Assembly: GCA_043228905.1 (NCBI GenBank)
Contig: JBHGNT010000008.1
Location: 20,894,001-20,958,000, forward strand
Direction: 5' to 3'
DNA from: Azolla caroliniana
Taxonomy: Eukaryota > Plantae > Polypodiophyta
DNA length: 64,000 nucleotides
The notes below the pieces were generated by a model. It made no database searches, was not told the DNA's origin, and saw only the letters and a program-made list of their open reading frames with translations. A program made the translations under genes and the position numbers. Below are positions 1 through 11,149 of the stretch, piece by piece. Numbering within the stretch: position 1 is the stretch's first letter; each line of letters begins with the position of its first letter.

Positions 1-915
1 GCTTGGGGCAACCTACGGAGCTCATAAGAATGCCTCACCAACCAGTACTTCCATTTGACCCGTTCCAAAAATGGGGTCTCGATTTTGTCGGTCCCTTTAC
101 GCCGGCAGCAGCATGAACAGGCAACAAATACATTCTCGTGGCCACAGATTACTACACAAAGTGGGTAGAAGCCGAACTGTTACGGGACAATATTGCGACG
201 TCAACAACAAGATTCCTTTATGAACACATCTGGTGCCGTTTTGCTTGCCCAATAGAGCTCATAAGCAACCAAGGGAGCCATTTCTTGAATTCGGTCATCC
301 ACGAACTCACGCACCATTACGCCATAGTATACAAGAAGAGTACGCCATATTACCCACAGGAAAATGGGTTAGTAGAATTTGCGAACAAGACACTATAGAA
401 TATCCTGATAAATATAGTGAATGAGAATAGAATAGATTGGGACACAAAGCTGCACAATGCTTTGTGGGCATACCGAACGAGTTACAAAACAAGTATATAG
501 TCCATGCCCTTCTGGTTAGCTTTTGGGTTAGAGGCCGTAATGCCCATCGAATTCCAGGTGCCCAGTTTGCAAATTCAAGTACGCGACAGATTGTAGGAAG
601 GCCAGTCGGAGCAGATCCGACTGCAAAAACTTCTCGAACTAGGCGAAGCTTGAGTCCACAACATGGCCATATTAGAACAAGAGCAACGATAGCGTAAGGT
701 GTTCGTAGTTTGACATCGGGATAGATGAGAGAAACACGCATGGGGCCAATGCCATGAAAGTTATGATTCTGCTGGACAGGGTCGTACTGGATAATTGGGG
801 TGGAAAATGGGACCTTTCTGTTAGGTACCCTTGCCGAAGAAGTGTTATGCCGAAAAGTGAACGTATTCTGACTAAAGCCTTACCTGGGATCTACGCCCCC
901 AAACCCGTTTCCTAC
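1..915 (+). pseudogene. Gypsy integrase, degenerate
   Basis: ORF 138-398 has the rve core; stops and frameshifts downstream. Confidence 0.88.
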
Positions 916-1066
916 ACCCCAAACACGGGTAACAAATGTAATAGTAATGTTGTACTAGTAACCGTTGGAAAAAAAAGGAAAGGAAAGAAAAAGAGAAGAT
1001 ATTCACGACTATTAAAAGGACTTTATGCATGCACAAGTCCCAAAAACAAGAACCCGCGTCGCCACG

Positions 1067-3879
1067 ATGTCACACAGGCCTATGAACCCTAATGCACAAA
1101 AAGAAGGAAACAGAAGGTTTTCTGCACATTACCGAAAACAACCTCTAGCCTTCTACTCTCCTCGTTCCCCTCACTCTCCTCGTGCTCCTCACTCTCCTAC
1201 ATACTGTAGGTACCATGCACAACGTAGCTCACGTGCTTCACCCGTCCAGCTCTCTCTGCACAAACCTTGTCCACCCATGATGTCGATCATCATCTCGGCA
1301 GCCTTGCGCAGGTGGCTCCTGGAAAAGGGGTTTGAGGGGTACATCCGAGTAGCAGAAGCACCACTGCACCCCGATGCCCGAGACATCGCCGGGAAGCTCA
1401 ACATCAACACAGTGACGAATGCTAGTATCCAAAAGAAGTTGTGTCTGTCTGCAACGGGCGAGAAGTACTTCGAAATTCCTCCATCTAACGAACTGGAGAA
1501 GTACTTTGGACAATATTCAACATCTGCCAAGGCATACAGAACAAAGAAAATTCCGAATCCATTTTTTCGGGAGATTGCTAAGTTCCTGCTGGAAGTCGGA
1601 TGCGTACATGTTAACGCCTACGGAGTGCCAAAACAAAAGGCAGGCATTATCATCGACACATTCGAAGGTCATGTAGTAGATTGGGGAGTAATTACGGGAC
1701 CAACATTGCGAGAGGGACTTCACGCCTACCAAGCGGAAAAAAAGCTATGGCGGATTATTCAACAGTACCTTACGATACTGTTTCCACCGCGTAGACTCCC
1801 TGCCCTGGTGACTAGCAAACCTACGCCCCCGCCACGATCTGCAAAAATAACGGCTAACGGAATTGGCAACCATGGAATGGGAAGAAGAACCACAACCTTT
1901 CCTGTTCGTCAAGGAACCAACGCAGCCGGAGCAACCAACAGAGACCGTCGAAGCATCGACAACAATGGGTGAGCAGGACCCAGAACTCAACCGCGGAAGG
2001 CCAAAGCGTAAGCGTCGTAGGGTAGATCAGAAAGATGGGTGCGAACTGGTAAAAGATACAGCCGCACCAGTCAAAACTTCCGCCCCCACGGAGCCCACAA
2101 CCACATTTGACATAATCCATGAGCCACAACCAATCATTATGACTTAGTCTCAACGTGGCAAAGGAGTGCTCACAACTGAAAGTGAAGTCCTGAAATATCC
2201 GAGCATTGTAGATACGACCCATGAGTTCGGTGCACTATTGCAGTTTGGAATGACATACGAACTCATGGAATTCTTGGTGACACAACAGATCAAGGTGTCC
2301 CAGAGAATGGTTGAGGAGCATGGTGAACAACAAATGATTGAGCGTGCGCTGACAAGTACGGCAGAAAGCGAAGATGAGGGGCCCCTTGCCAAGGTGGGCA
2401 GAGAGTGTAACGCGGGAATTACCTCCATTAAATGCGGCCCTAGTCGAGGTGCATAGGGAATTTGCAAGAGTCAGTGTGGGCGCCAAGGATATGGCTATTA
2501 AAAATAAAGATGTCTAGAAGAAAGTCAAGCTGACTCAAGACCAACTGCAAAAGGCACAAGAGCACATTGCGCAATTACAAAGCAACACGACTACGACGCA
2601 ACATATCCTAGGACCTACCCCCAATGATTACGACTTGAACACTTTATGGGAGGAGGTTGACGCTCAAACCACCATAGCCGCAAAAGCTAAAAGGGTTATG
2701 CACAGAACTCCGCCAGTCATCAGACAGAGAAATGGATATCAAGGCCAAAGCAAGAAGGGTGGCCAAAGCACTTGAGGATAAGCTCGACGCAGAGATAGCA
2801 GCCCATATCAGCACAAAAGAAAAAAAGAGAAAGTTGCAGGAGGAAACAAAGAAGACAAAGGCCTTCATTGTGGGGCTTAGTGAGTTAATAGAAAGGAAGA
2901 AAGCGTGGTACAATGAACAAGTCATGCGTGAATGTGAACAGACACATCAGGTAGTAATCCGCCTGAATAATGAAATGGGATGGCTCGAAGAACTACACTT
3001 AAAAGAGTCTCAGATATGGGCCAAAATGAAGAGCTGCTATGAGGAAGCAACAACGGCCAATAAGCGTAAGCCTGCACCCAAGTGCTAACGGACAATGTAC
3101 CCGTCCTCCTTCAAACAAATCGTGAGCGGTTTACAACGCAGTTGAAAGCAGTGTTGGACAAAGGATGGGCAGCGTGGACTACGCAAGCAGTGGAATTGCA
3201 CACCTATCGGGCAGACTGGGAGAACTGTTGCAAAGAAGGCAGAGGCTTCTACAAACTAAATGAGGAGAGCATTGCGGCGGTACGAGAGGACCCCGCGTAG
3301 GATTATCAAACGCTCGTTGACCAGCACTCCGAAGAACTCACACAACTGCTAGAAGATTTCGAGGAAAGTTAGGAAGACATCTTCCACCAGCTAATGGAGC
3401 TCGGCAACAAGAATCAGAGGGCGGAGGAATTAAAAATGGCGGAAGCAATAACAGTACTAGACAACGACTCTGCTGAACAAAACAAGCCCAAACCTAAGCC
3501 AAATGACGCGCTTGAGAAACGCGTGGATGTTATGAGTGGAGAGGAACAACGCCCGAACGCCTGCCCATGCCAGGAAGAGCCATCGCCGGAGCCACAAGGA
3601 AATGTCCTGAGTAGCGTACATATCGAGCCCATCACGACGACACCGCATGAAGAAGTGAACGCGGAGACCGACGCGCCAGCCAAGCCAAACAACGAAGCAC
3701 CTACGGACATCACGCCGTCTCTAGTGCATGGCGAACGAACATAGCCGCATGACGAGGACAACACGGAAACCGACGCACCAGCCAAGCGTACCACTGATGC
3801 ACCTACGGACATTACGCCGCCTCCGGTGCATGACGAACGAACTGAACTGAACATCCTCAACATTTTGGGCGACGAATAG
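1067..3879 (+). pseudogene. Extra 3' ORF of G1 (unknown function; globular N-terminal part, coiled coil, acidic low-complexity tail), broken
   Basis: ORF pieces 1025-1972, 1863-2147, 2166-2456, 2732-3088, 3082-3300, 3394-3744 match in order the pieces at 30347-33252 (e.g. VDWGVITGPTLREGLHAYQ, GFYKLNEESI). Confidence 0.8.
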
Positions 3880-3929
3880 GAAGCGGATGGGTTCGACATG
3901 CCATGGCACTATCCCACAAGCGTGCCAGG

Positions 3930-4347
3930 TGTTGTCCGCCATAATTGTAACCACCGGACTTAAGGCATGGAGAATAGAGTATTATATTAGAAGTGTTAAA
4001 GTAACGCATATAACGGTTGTACGCAGGGAGCGTAACCAATTAGAAGCCCTGTGTATATAAAGGGCAAAAGACCATTGTAAAGAGCTAACGTATTATGAGA
4101 GTGTCATTTTAATATAGTTTATCTTCTCTAATCTTGGTGTTTTGTATATTGGCCTATTGGTCTCTTGTTTCCATGTCTCGTTTTCTGTACAAGACAGTGT
4201 TGCACTAAACACAAGGTAAGTACGCGTTGGGTGCTGCATGGTTAGGTTGTAGCTGTGTTCCCCTTACGCCCTACCGATCACGCACTACGATCACCTTGTA
4301 AGCTACCCCACAAGACTAAGGGTGGCATGTCTTCCTAACCGGTAACA
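3930..4347 (+). repeat. 3' LTR of G1 (418 bp)
   Basis: TG…CA termini shared with the G2 LTRs; TATA-like TATATAAAGG near 4054. Confidence 0.85.
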
Positions 4348-6170
4348 CAAAGTCAACACCTCATTTGCTAGACGTATTTCTAGTGAAACTGTTTGACTTA
4401 TAAGTCCTTGAAATGTGTTTAGATGCTCCACCATACTAGAGCCATCTTGATATCTAAGTATTACAAGTTTCCTAAACACGGAGACTCTATTTAAGCCATT
4501 TTTGGTCTGAAACATAGTTTCGAGTTTCCCCCATAGCTCGTGTGCTTTGGTTTCATCAACGAAATTGTTATATACACTCATGTCTATAAAACAACGTATG
4601 TATGATCTTGTTTTTAAATGCGTTGCTCCCCAAGTTAATGCATCTATGTTCTCTGGTTTGCTCATACCATGTCTTACGGGAAACCACATGTCCTTACATA
4701 CCAACCTGTTCCTCATTTTGGACTTCCAAATGGGATAGTTGGATCCTGTTAGCTTAATCATCCCGCCTAATGATTCATCCATATTCCAAGTCTTTGCAGA
4801 GGGTATGAACCTCAGCTTTGATACCACTTGATGGGAATATGAGACTGAATTGGGATGATTTAAGCTTCAAACACAATTAACAAGTAGATGAAACCACAAG
4901 ATGAAAAATTAGAGTACACCAAAGTTTTTAACGTGGAAAACCCAAAATAGGGAAAAACCACGGGAACCGTAGGTTCTGAACAACTTTACTATAATGTGAA
5001 TACAATGGAATACAACCTCACTAGAGGAGTGTATCTACCTCAAGGAAATGGCCTTGATTACAACCTTTACCCAATCGGGTTTGAACAAGAGGAATTGAAC
5101 TAGCCTCAAGGCCACAACCTTGGCTACTATCATCACCCAATTGGCTGGATAAGACAACAAAGATTACAACTGAGTATAGTCTCTCTAGTTTTGAGCTAGA
5201 GGAAATGAACTAGCCTCAACGCAACAGCCTTGGCTACTATCTTCACCCTATTGGGTGGACAAGACAACAAAGATTACAAGTAAGAGTAGTCTCTCTAGTT
5301 TTGAACTAAAGGGAATGAACTAGCCTCAAGGCAACAACCTTGGCTACTATCTTTACCCTATTGGGTGGATAAATCAACAGAAAGTAGAAAATAGAAGGAA
5401 AAACAAACAACGAAGGAACCCGATATGGATTGAAGGACGAGGTACGTCATGAACAACCCCTGTGGATCTCTTCTCTTCTACAAAGCGCTCTCGCTCTTGC
5501 TCTTGTACTCAGGCACTGTGTCTCTTCGTTTGTGGTTTTTCCTCTTTGTTCTCTCACTTCTCTGTGTATGTTGTTGTCTCTATCTGTGTTGTCCCTGTAC
5601 TCAGAGTTATGTCTGTTTCTCTCCTTCACTAGGTGTCTCACTCTTTGAGTTCTATCTCTCATTTTTCAACGCTTTCTTTCTTTTCTTATATGTTGGCTTT
5701 TTGTTCTTTGTCATGCTATTTTGTGTTTACACCTCTTTCTTTAGCCTCGACGCAGAGATAACAACCCATATCAGCACAACAGAAGAAAAGAGAAAGTTGT
5801 AGGTGGAAACAAAGAAGACAGAGGCTGTCATTGCGGGGCTTCGCGACTTAATAGAAAGGAAGAAAGCGTGGTAGTATATATATCCCACATATACATGTAT
5901 ATGTATATATATTTGTAAATAGGTATATGTTAATATAGTTATAACTAATTATATCCTCTCTCTTTTATTCTTTTCAGCCCCAAACTGAATCGGCACCCAA
6001 CCAATTCAGCGATTAGACTGTAGGTGGTTGTCAGCCGACTATAGGTGGTTGATTCTTAGCCAGGTCTAAGTCAGCTCTTCGACCAGTCGACTATTCGGGC
6101 CTAGTTGACTGTCAATCAGATCATTGGTTTCAACCAATTTTGGGCTCCAGTTGAGTGGATAGACCCAACA
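4348..6170 (-). mobile_element. Ty1/Copia 5' end: 1.34-kb 5' LTR (4829-6170), tRNA-iMet PBS (4815-4826), gag N-terminus
   Basis: PBS reads TGGTATCAAAGC on minus; ORF 4303-4827 is Copia gag (KLTGSNYPIWKSKM); LTR homologous to 61983-62812. Confidence 0.88.
5089..5378. repeat. 110-bp tandem repeat, about 2.6 copies, inside Copia LTR
   Basis: GAACTAGCCTCAA at 5097, 5207, 5317. Confidence 0.9.
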
Positions 6171-8974
6171 TTTATAGATGTGCACGATGCATGGCACTCA
6201 AAGCTAAAGAAGACTTTGGCATCTCTTCAATTCTCTAGAATCTGTGCAAACACGCAAGGTTGTTGTCTATCAAGGTTGGATAGATTCTACCTAAGTTAGA
6301 AACTGATTGAAATGAAAGGCAATACCTCCATTCTTCCTCGCAGCGCATGTACTCACACCACTCTCCCATATTGTTCGACATCAACCCCATAGTGAAGAGA
6401 ACAAGATCATGTAACCCCAAATGTGCATGGTCGGTAGAAGTTAGGCTTGTGGGAGCCAAACAACTGTTGGTCGATCACATTAACCAGCAGAACCACATGC
6501 TCTACAGGAAGTCTAATGTGTGGTGGGCAAAGAAAGGGGATTTATCTAGCAAGGAGTTATTCCGTTGAAAGGAACTAGCGAGAACCGATGGACAACCAAC
6601 AAGCCTACTGCGGCCAAATGGTTACAAGTACAGATGACCTTGAGTAGATTATGGAAATCATGACTTCTTTGTACAAGGACCTAATAGCGCCACAGACTTC
6701 ATTCTCCAACCCCTCCTTCTCCATGGATGTTCTTACATATATACAACCCCAACTTTCAAGGGCTGATTAGAGCAGAATATGCAGACCCTTAGATAAAGGT
6801 GAGATTGTAGATGGATTGAGGAAAATTAGTCTTGTGCCATGTATAGGGGTCAATGGAATTCCATGGACTTCCTTCGATATATTGTAGGATGCAATCTCTG
6901 ATAAAATTGTGAAAGGCTTCCAAGAAATGTGGAGCACCAAACAGATGTCAGAGTTGTTTGTAGAGGGGAGATCTACTTGATCCCCAAAGGAACAAGAGAA
7001 ATACAAAATATTGAAAATTGGAGGCTTATTACTATTCTCAACGCAATCTATAAAATCTATGCTCACATCTTAGCATAGAGAGTTAAAAGCTTTATGCCTG
7101 ATTTTATCCAGATTAACCAAAGAGGATTTACGTCGGATAGATCAATCATCAATAATGTCTTGACTTTCTGGGAAGCACTGGTAGCACTGTTGTAGAATAC
7201 TTAGCATAAAATATGTATGCTAAGTATTCTAACTTTTTAAAAAAAATACTTAGAATATGTATTTTATAGATAAAGTACATTAAATACTTAGAATACGTCT
7301 AGAAAATTAAAAAATTAAAAAAAAATTAAACTTTTTTGAAATGATAAATACTTCTTAAATACATCAAATTTTAATAAATGACAGTTGTAAAACATAGAAT
7401 ACATGTAGAATACTTCAGTGTATTCTAAAATGAACTCTAAACGTAGAATGTGCATTTTTTAACAACTATGATTGGCAGTTGCACAATCTTGCAATCAAAA
7501 CATCGTTTGCTTAATGTTGGACTTCGAAACGGTGTACAACAAGATTGACTGAACCTTCCTCAAAAATGTTATGGAATCCTTGGGGATCCTTGCACCATGG
7601 ATTGGTGCTGTAAAACCACTCTATAGAAACCAAGAAGACTCTTGCTGACTGGAAGAAAAGGGGCAAGGTTTCACCTCACACGATCAGTGAGTCAGGGTTG
7701 CCCATTAGCCCCCTTCCTTTTCCTCTTTATCTTTGAAGCAATGTCTGCCTACATGAATACCTCCAAATGGATTGTTGATCCCCAATTGCAGACATGATTT
7801 GATTGATTCAGAGTTTGAAGATGATACCATGCTTTTCTTGAATGGCTCCACCTCTAACCTTACCAAAGCAAAGAACAGGTGAGAAACCTTTTGTAGGGAG
7901 TCAAGTGCAAAAGTCAACTGAAATAAGTCCAAGGGCTTTACGGTGAGCTCACATGGATGCCTCGTTACTCCTTGGAACTCCACTAAAGGCTTCGGATGGA
8001 TTCCAAGGGGTTCAACAGATAAGTAACTTGGTTTTTCAATCAGAATCGATCTTCATAAAAACGTGCAACTGGATCATGTGAAGGAAAAGGTGTTAAAAAA
8101 GTTGAATGCTTGGTCAAAATCTTTAACATATCTTTGGTTGGCCGTATTTTGTTGGTCAACCAAGTCATGTTGGCCACCATGTGGCACAACCTCAGTTGTT
8201 GGATGTGGGACAGAACGAGTCTTCGATCAATCAAAGAGGCCATTAGAGGATAATGATGGGCGGGACAAGTCAAAGACAAAACTATGGCAAGGATCCGAGG
8301 AATGGTGGTCCGTGAGTACCCTCAACACAATGAATTTTTAGCCCATGTGCAGGCAACCACCTGCATTGGACGACCAAATCATCTACTCACTCATGGCGGC
8401 ATGGAACAATTTAAGAGGGCACTTGGAGCACAACAACCCATGCTTGGAGGTAGAATGGCAACGACAAGAGCTTTTTTGTAACCCCAACTTCAAACAAGAG
8501 GACGACCTTATGCTCGACCAAAGAAAGGGGATGGCTTGGGGAAGGTTTGATCAAGTTGGCATCCACACACTTTGAGGCTGGAGGTGCTTACAAATGGATG
8601 GTCAACTCATGCCAAGTTACAACATTACAACTATAAAACATGGCAAACATATGTTAGAACTCACAAAGAAGGTGATAATGACCACAAACCACACAAACCA
8701 CAAGTGATACGTGGCTTGGTTGCTTCACGAGAGATGGCGATGCGGTCACCATAAAAGGGAAGATGGTGAATGGTGATTTTCTGCAAATGCGCCTGCATTC
8801 TTCAAACGAAGTCAAAGGGAATTGGTATCCCATTCGAATCATCACGTGTATCAAGAAATGGCACATCACCCCTGAACTTGAGAGTTGGGAGGAAGATTAT
8901 AAGGTATGGATATAGGATAATCGCCTGCTAGAACAACTCAACTGGGACCCTTTGGAATATCATTGGAACATCCC
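6171..8974 (+). mobile_element. LINE (L1/Tx1-like) ORF2 remnant, part 1: endonuclease end and RT
   Basis: Degenerate motifs SRLDRFYLS, HHSPILF, NWRLIT, MLDFE..Y, SQGCPLAPFLF, FEDDT; continues at 18192 after TSD ATCCC. Confidence 0.85.
7185..7470. mobile_element. hAT-type MITE (286 bp) in the LINE
   Basis: Imperfect TIRs CACTGTTGT / ACAACTATG; 8-bp TSD ACTGGTAG vs ATTGGCAG (two transitions); repeated AGAATAC motifs; LINE sequence resumes after it. Confidence 0.75.
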
Positions 8975-9580
8975 TATAACGGAATGGGAGGCAAGAGGGA
9001 TTTCAATGCAGCGGAAGAAGATTGAGAGAGAGTGTGTGTGTGTGACGCAATAGAGGGAGAGAGAGAGAGAGGGGTAGACACCGGAATTGGCATCAATCTT
9101 TAGGTTACGATCGAGAGGGGTAGACACAGGCTTGCACTTGGTCATTCTGAACTTGTTGTCATGAAGACATACATCTTGGCTTATCATGACATTCATCTTG
9201 GCGAACCAGGAATCGAACCCATAACCTCTTGGTTTACATATTGTACTTTAACCATTGTAATAACATATGTGAGATGTAATCATAATAATTATATGTTTAG
9301 TTATTACGAGATATTTAGAACATTCTAGATTATTCTAGAATGTTCTTGAATATTTCATGATTATATTTATTATTATTATTATTCATAAATATCTAAAATA
9401 TTCTAGAACATTCTAGAATACTCCATAAGGGCCTATAAATAAGAGTCCATACACTCATCACAACTCATTCGGTTCAAACTGTCGTGACTCTTGAGTAGGA
9501 ACCAATTCGTGTAGTCCTAGGTAATTTGGCTAGTGTCATCTCATTTAACATCATTAGTAGTCCGGAGCACTCTCTAGTTC

Positions 9581-10765
9581 TTGGTCTTCCTTGGTTTGAG
9601 TTACATAACCCAACCATTGATTGGAGAAAAAGAACTATTGGAGTCGGTCAGCAAGCAAGAGTATATGCGTGTCCTTTCGGAGCTCGATATGCTCACCACT
9701 AAGTTTGTGGCATTAGAGCAAGAAAATCAAAGGCTACTTGGGGATCTTCAACAAGTCAGTACTGAGAAAGCTCATCAATATGAGGAGTTATCACAACGGG
9801 TTCATCAACTTGAGGCTACTATATTAACATTACGAGAACAAGCGGCGGGGGTTCAAAACTCCCCAAGGGAACCAAAGATTAGCCTCCCTGCCAAGTTTGA
9901 TGGTACCAGATCTCTCTTTCGAGGTTTCCTGAATCAAGTTCGTTTGGTGATTCAGTTACATCCCAATCGGTATCCAACTGATGCTGCCCGTGTGGGATTA
10001 ATAGGAACCTTGCTAAGCGGTACAGTGTTAGCATGGTTTGCACCACTTCTTGAGAAGAAATCACCATTACTGGAGGATTTCGAGGCATTCGTTAAGGAGT
10101 TTCAAGCTAGTTTTGGAGATACGGATAGCACTAGGACTGCAATAAACAAGATTCGAAGACTCCGACAAGGAGATCGTCCCGCTTCAGCTTATGCCGCAGA
10201 TTTCCGTCTCTTGGCATGCGACATCCCTTGGGATGAGGCAGCCTTAATGGATCAATTCCGTCAGGGTTTGCGTAACGATGTCAAAGATCTTCTTCTTACT
10301 TTCCATGAAGATCCAAAGTCTCTTACTGAAGCTATTAGCCGAGCTGTGCGATGTGATAATCGCCTATTTGAGCGACGTTCTGAACGTCAACAAATGTTAC
10401 GCCGCCAACCGGAACAGACATACGCTTCTATAGTCGCCACACCGCCACAAGGTTCTAGACCCGTTACGAGGGATGGTCCCACTCCGATGGAAATAGAGTC
10501 GACACAACGTCGAGGGCCCTTATCAGATGCTGAGAAACAACGACGTCGGGCGCATCGCCTATGCCTCTACTGTGGTGGTCCAGGACATATAGCTGTGAAT
10601 TGTCCACATAAACCCAGGCGTCAAGTTTACCAAGTAAGTGCACATGACAACCCTACATCAAGTTCTACTATCACTTCTAATAACTTAAGTACTAAGCCTA
10701 CTAGCCCATGCCATGAGAATAGATTTGATGTCTTGAGCCAATTAGAGGATGTGTTAAACGAATAA
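9581..10765 (+). CDS. gag: Chromovirus Gag (capsid and CCHC zinc knuckle); native ATG displaced by rearrangement
   Basis: PAKFDG, LRQGDRPASAYAADF, PTPMEI, CLYCGGPGHIAVNC. Confidence 0.9.
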   Translation: MVFLGLSYITQPLIGEKELLESVSKQEYMRVLSELDMLTTKFVALEQENQRLLGDLQQVSTEKAHQYEELSQRVHQLEATILTLREQAAGVQNSPREPKISLPAKFDGTRSLFRGFLNQVRLVIQLHPNRYPTDAARVGLIGTLLSGTVLAWFAPLLEKKSPLLEDFEAFVKEFQASFGDTDSTRTAINKIRRLRQGDRPASAYAADFRLLACDIPWDEAALMDQFRQGLRNDVKDLLLTFHEDPKSLTEAISRAVRCDNRLFERRSERQQMLRRQPEQTYASIVATPPQGSRPVTRDGPTPMEIESTQRRGPLSDAEKQRRRAHRLCLYCGGPGHIAVNCPHKPRRQVYQVSAHDNPTSSSTITSNNLSTKPTSPCHENRFDVLSQLEDVLNE

Positions 10766-10804
10766 GTCCGGCCAAAATAGGAGCCATTTGGTTGGACCAT
10801 CCTA
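10753..10804 (+). promoter_or_regulatory. Putative -1 ribosomal frameshift signal (G_TTA_AAC plus pseudoknot)
   Basis: Heptamer in gag phase just before the stop; protease frame is -1 and open from here; 6-nt spacer; 11-bp stem 10766-76/10787-97; loop TAGGA can pair with TCCTA 10800-04. Confidence 0.75.
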
Positions 10805-11072
10805 GTTATGTAGAGTCAGTACCTAGTTGTGGTTCCATTTCATCAAATCAAGTTAGTAGAGTTTTTTCTGCACAAGTCGAGCTTAGCACATCTACAGGTC
10901 ATCGCGCCCTAGCCTCTGCCCTCCTAGATTCCGGAGCCAATTCTTGTTTCATGGATCGCGAGTTTGCATTGACTCAAAACATCATCTTGAAAAAACTCCC
11001 AAACCCAGTAGCTGTAGGAGTCATCGATGGTCGCCCTATAGCATCAGGAGATATAGTCGAAGAGTTTGAACC
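10792..11072 (+). pseudogene. Aspartic protease N-terminal half (C-terminal half sits at 9502-9639)
   Basis: ALLDSGANSCFMD; breaks after IVEEFEP. Confidence 0.85.
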
Positions 11073-11149
11073 GAATATTTCTTTTCCCTTTCTCCAATAA
11101 CTCTAGCAAGCTTTCTTCTTTATCCTTCTTTCTTTTTCCCCCGCGGTTA

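Larger units (their letters stand above)
1..4347 (+). mobile_element. Ty3/Gypsy non-chromoviral LTR retrotransposon (copy G1), 3' part: integrase, long extra ORF, 3' LTR; 5' part lies outside the window
   Basis: Integrase motifs (KWGLDFVGP, ATDYYTKWVEA, STPYYPQENG) at 1-915; 3' LTR 3930-4347 TGTTGTCC…CCTAACCGGTAACA; colinear with G2 at 29200-33740; inserted in a Copia gag. Confidence 0.92.

Noticed and set aside
5449-5802. Hydrophobic ORF suggesting an env or membrane protein (also 62163-62467)
   Set aside because: Comes from T/C-rich LTR low-complexity sequence; frame not conserved between the two LTR copies.
9199-9254. Functional tRNA gene
   Set aside because: Acceptor and anticodon stems do not form; kept only as a tRNA-like motif.
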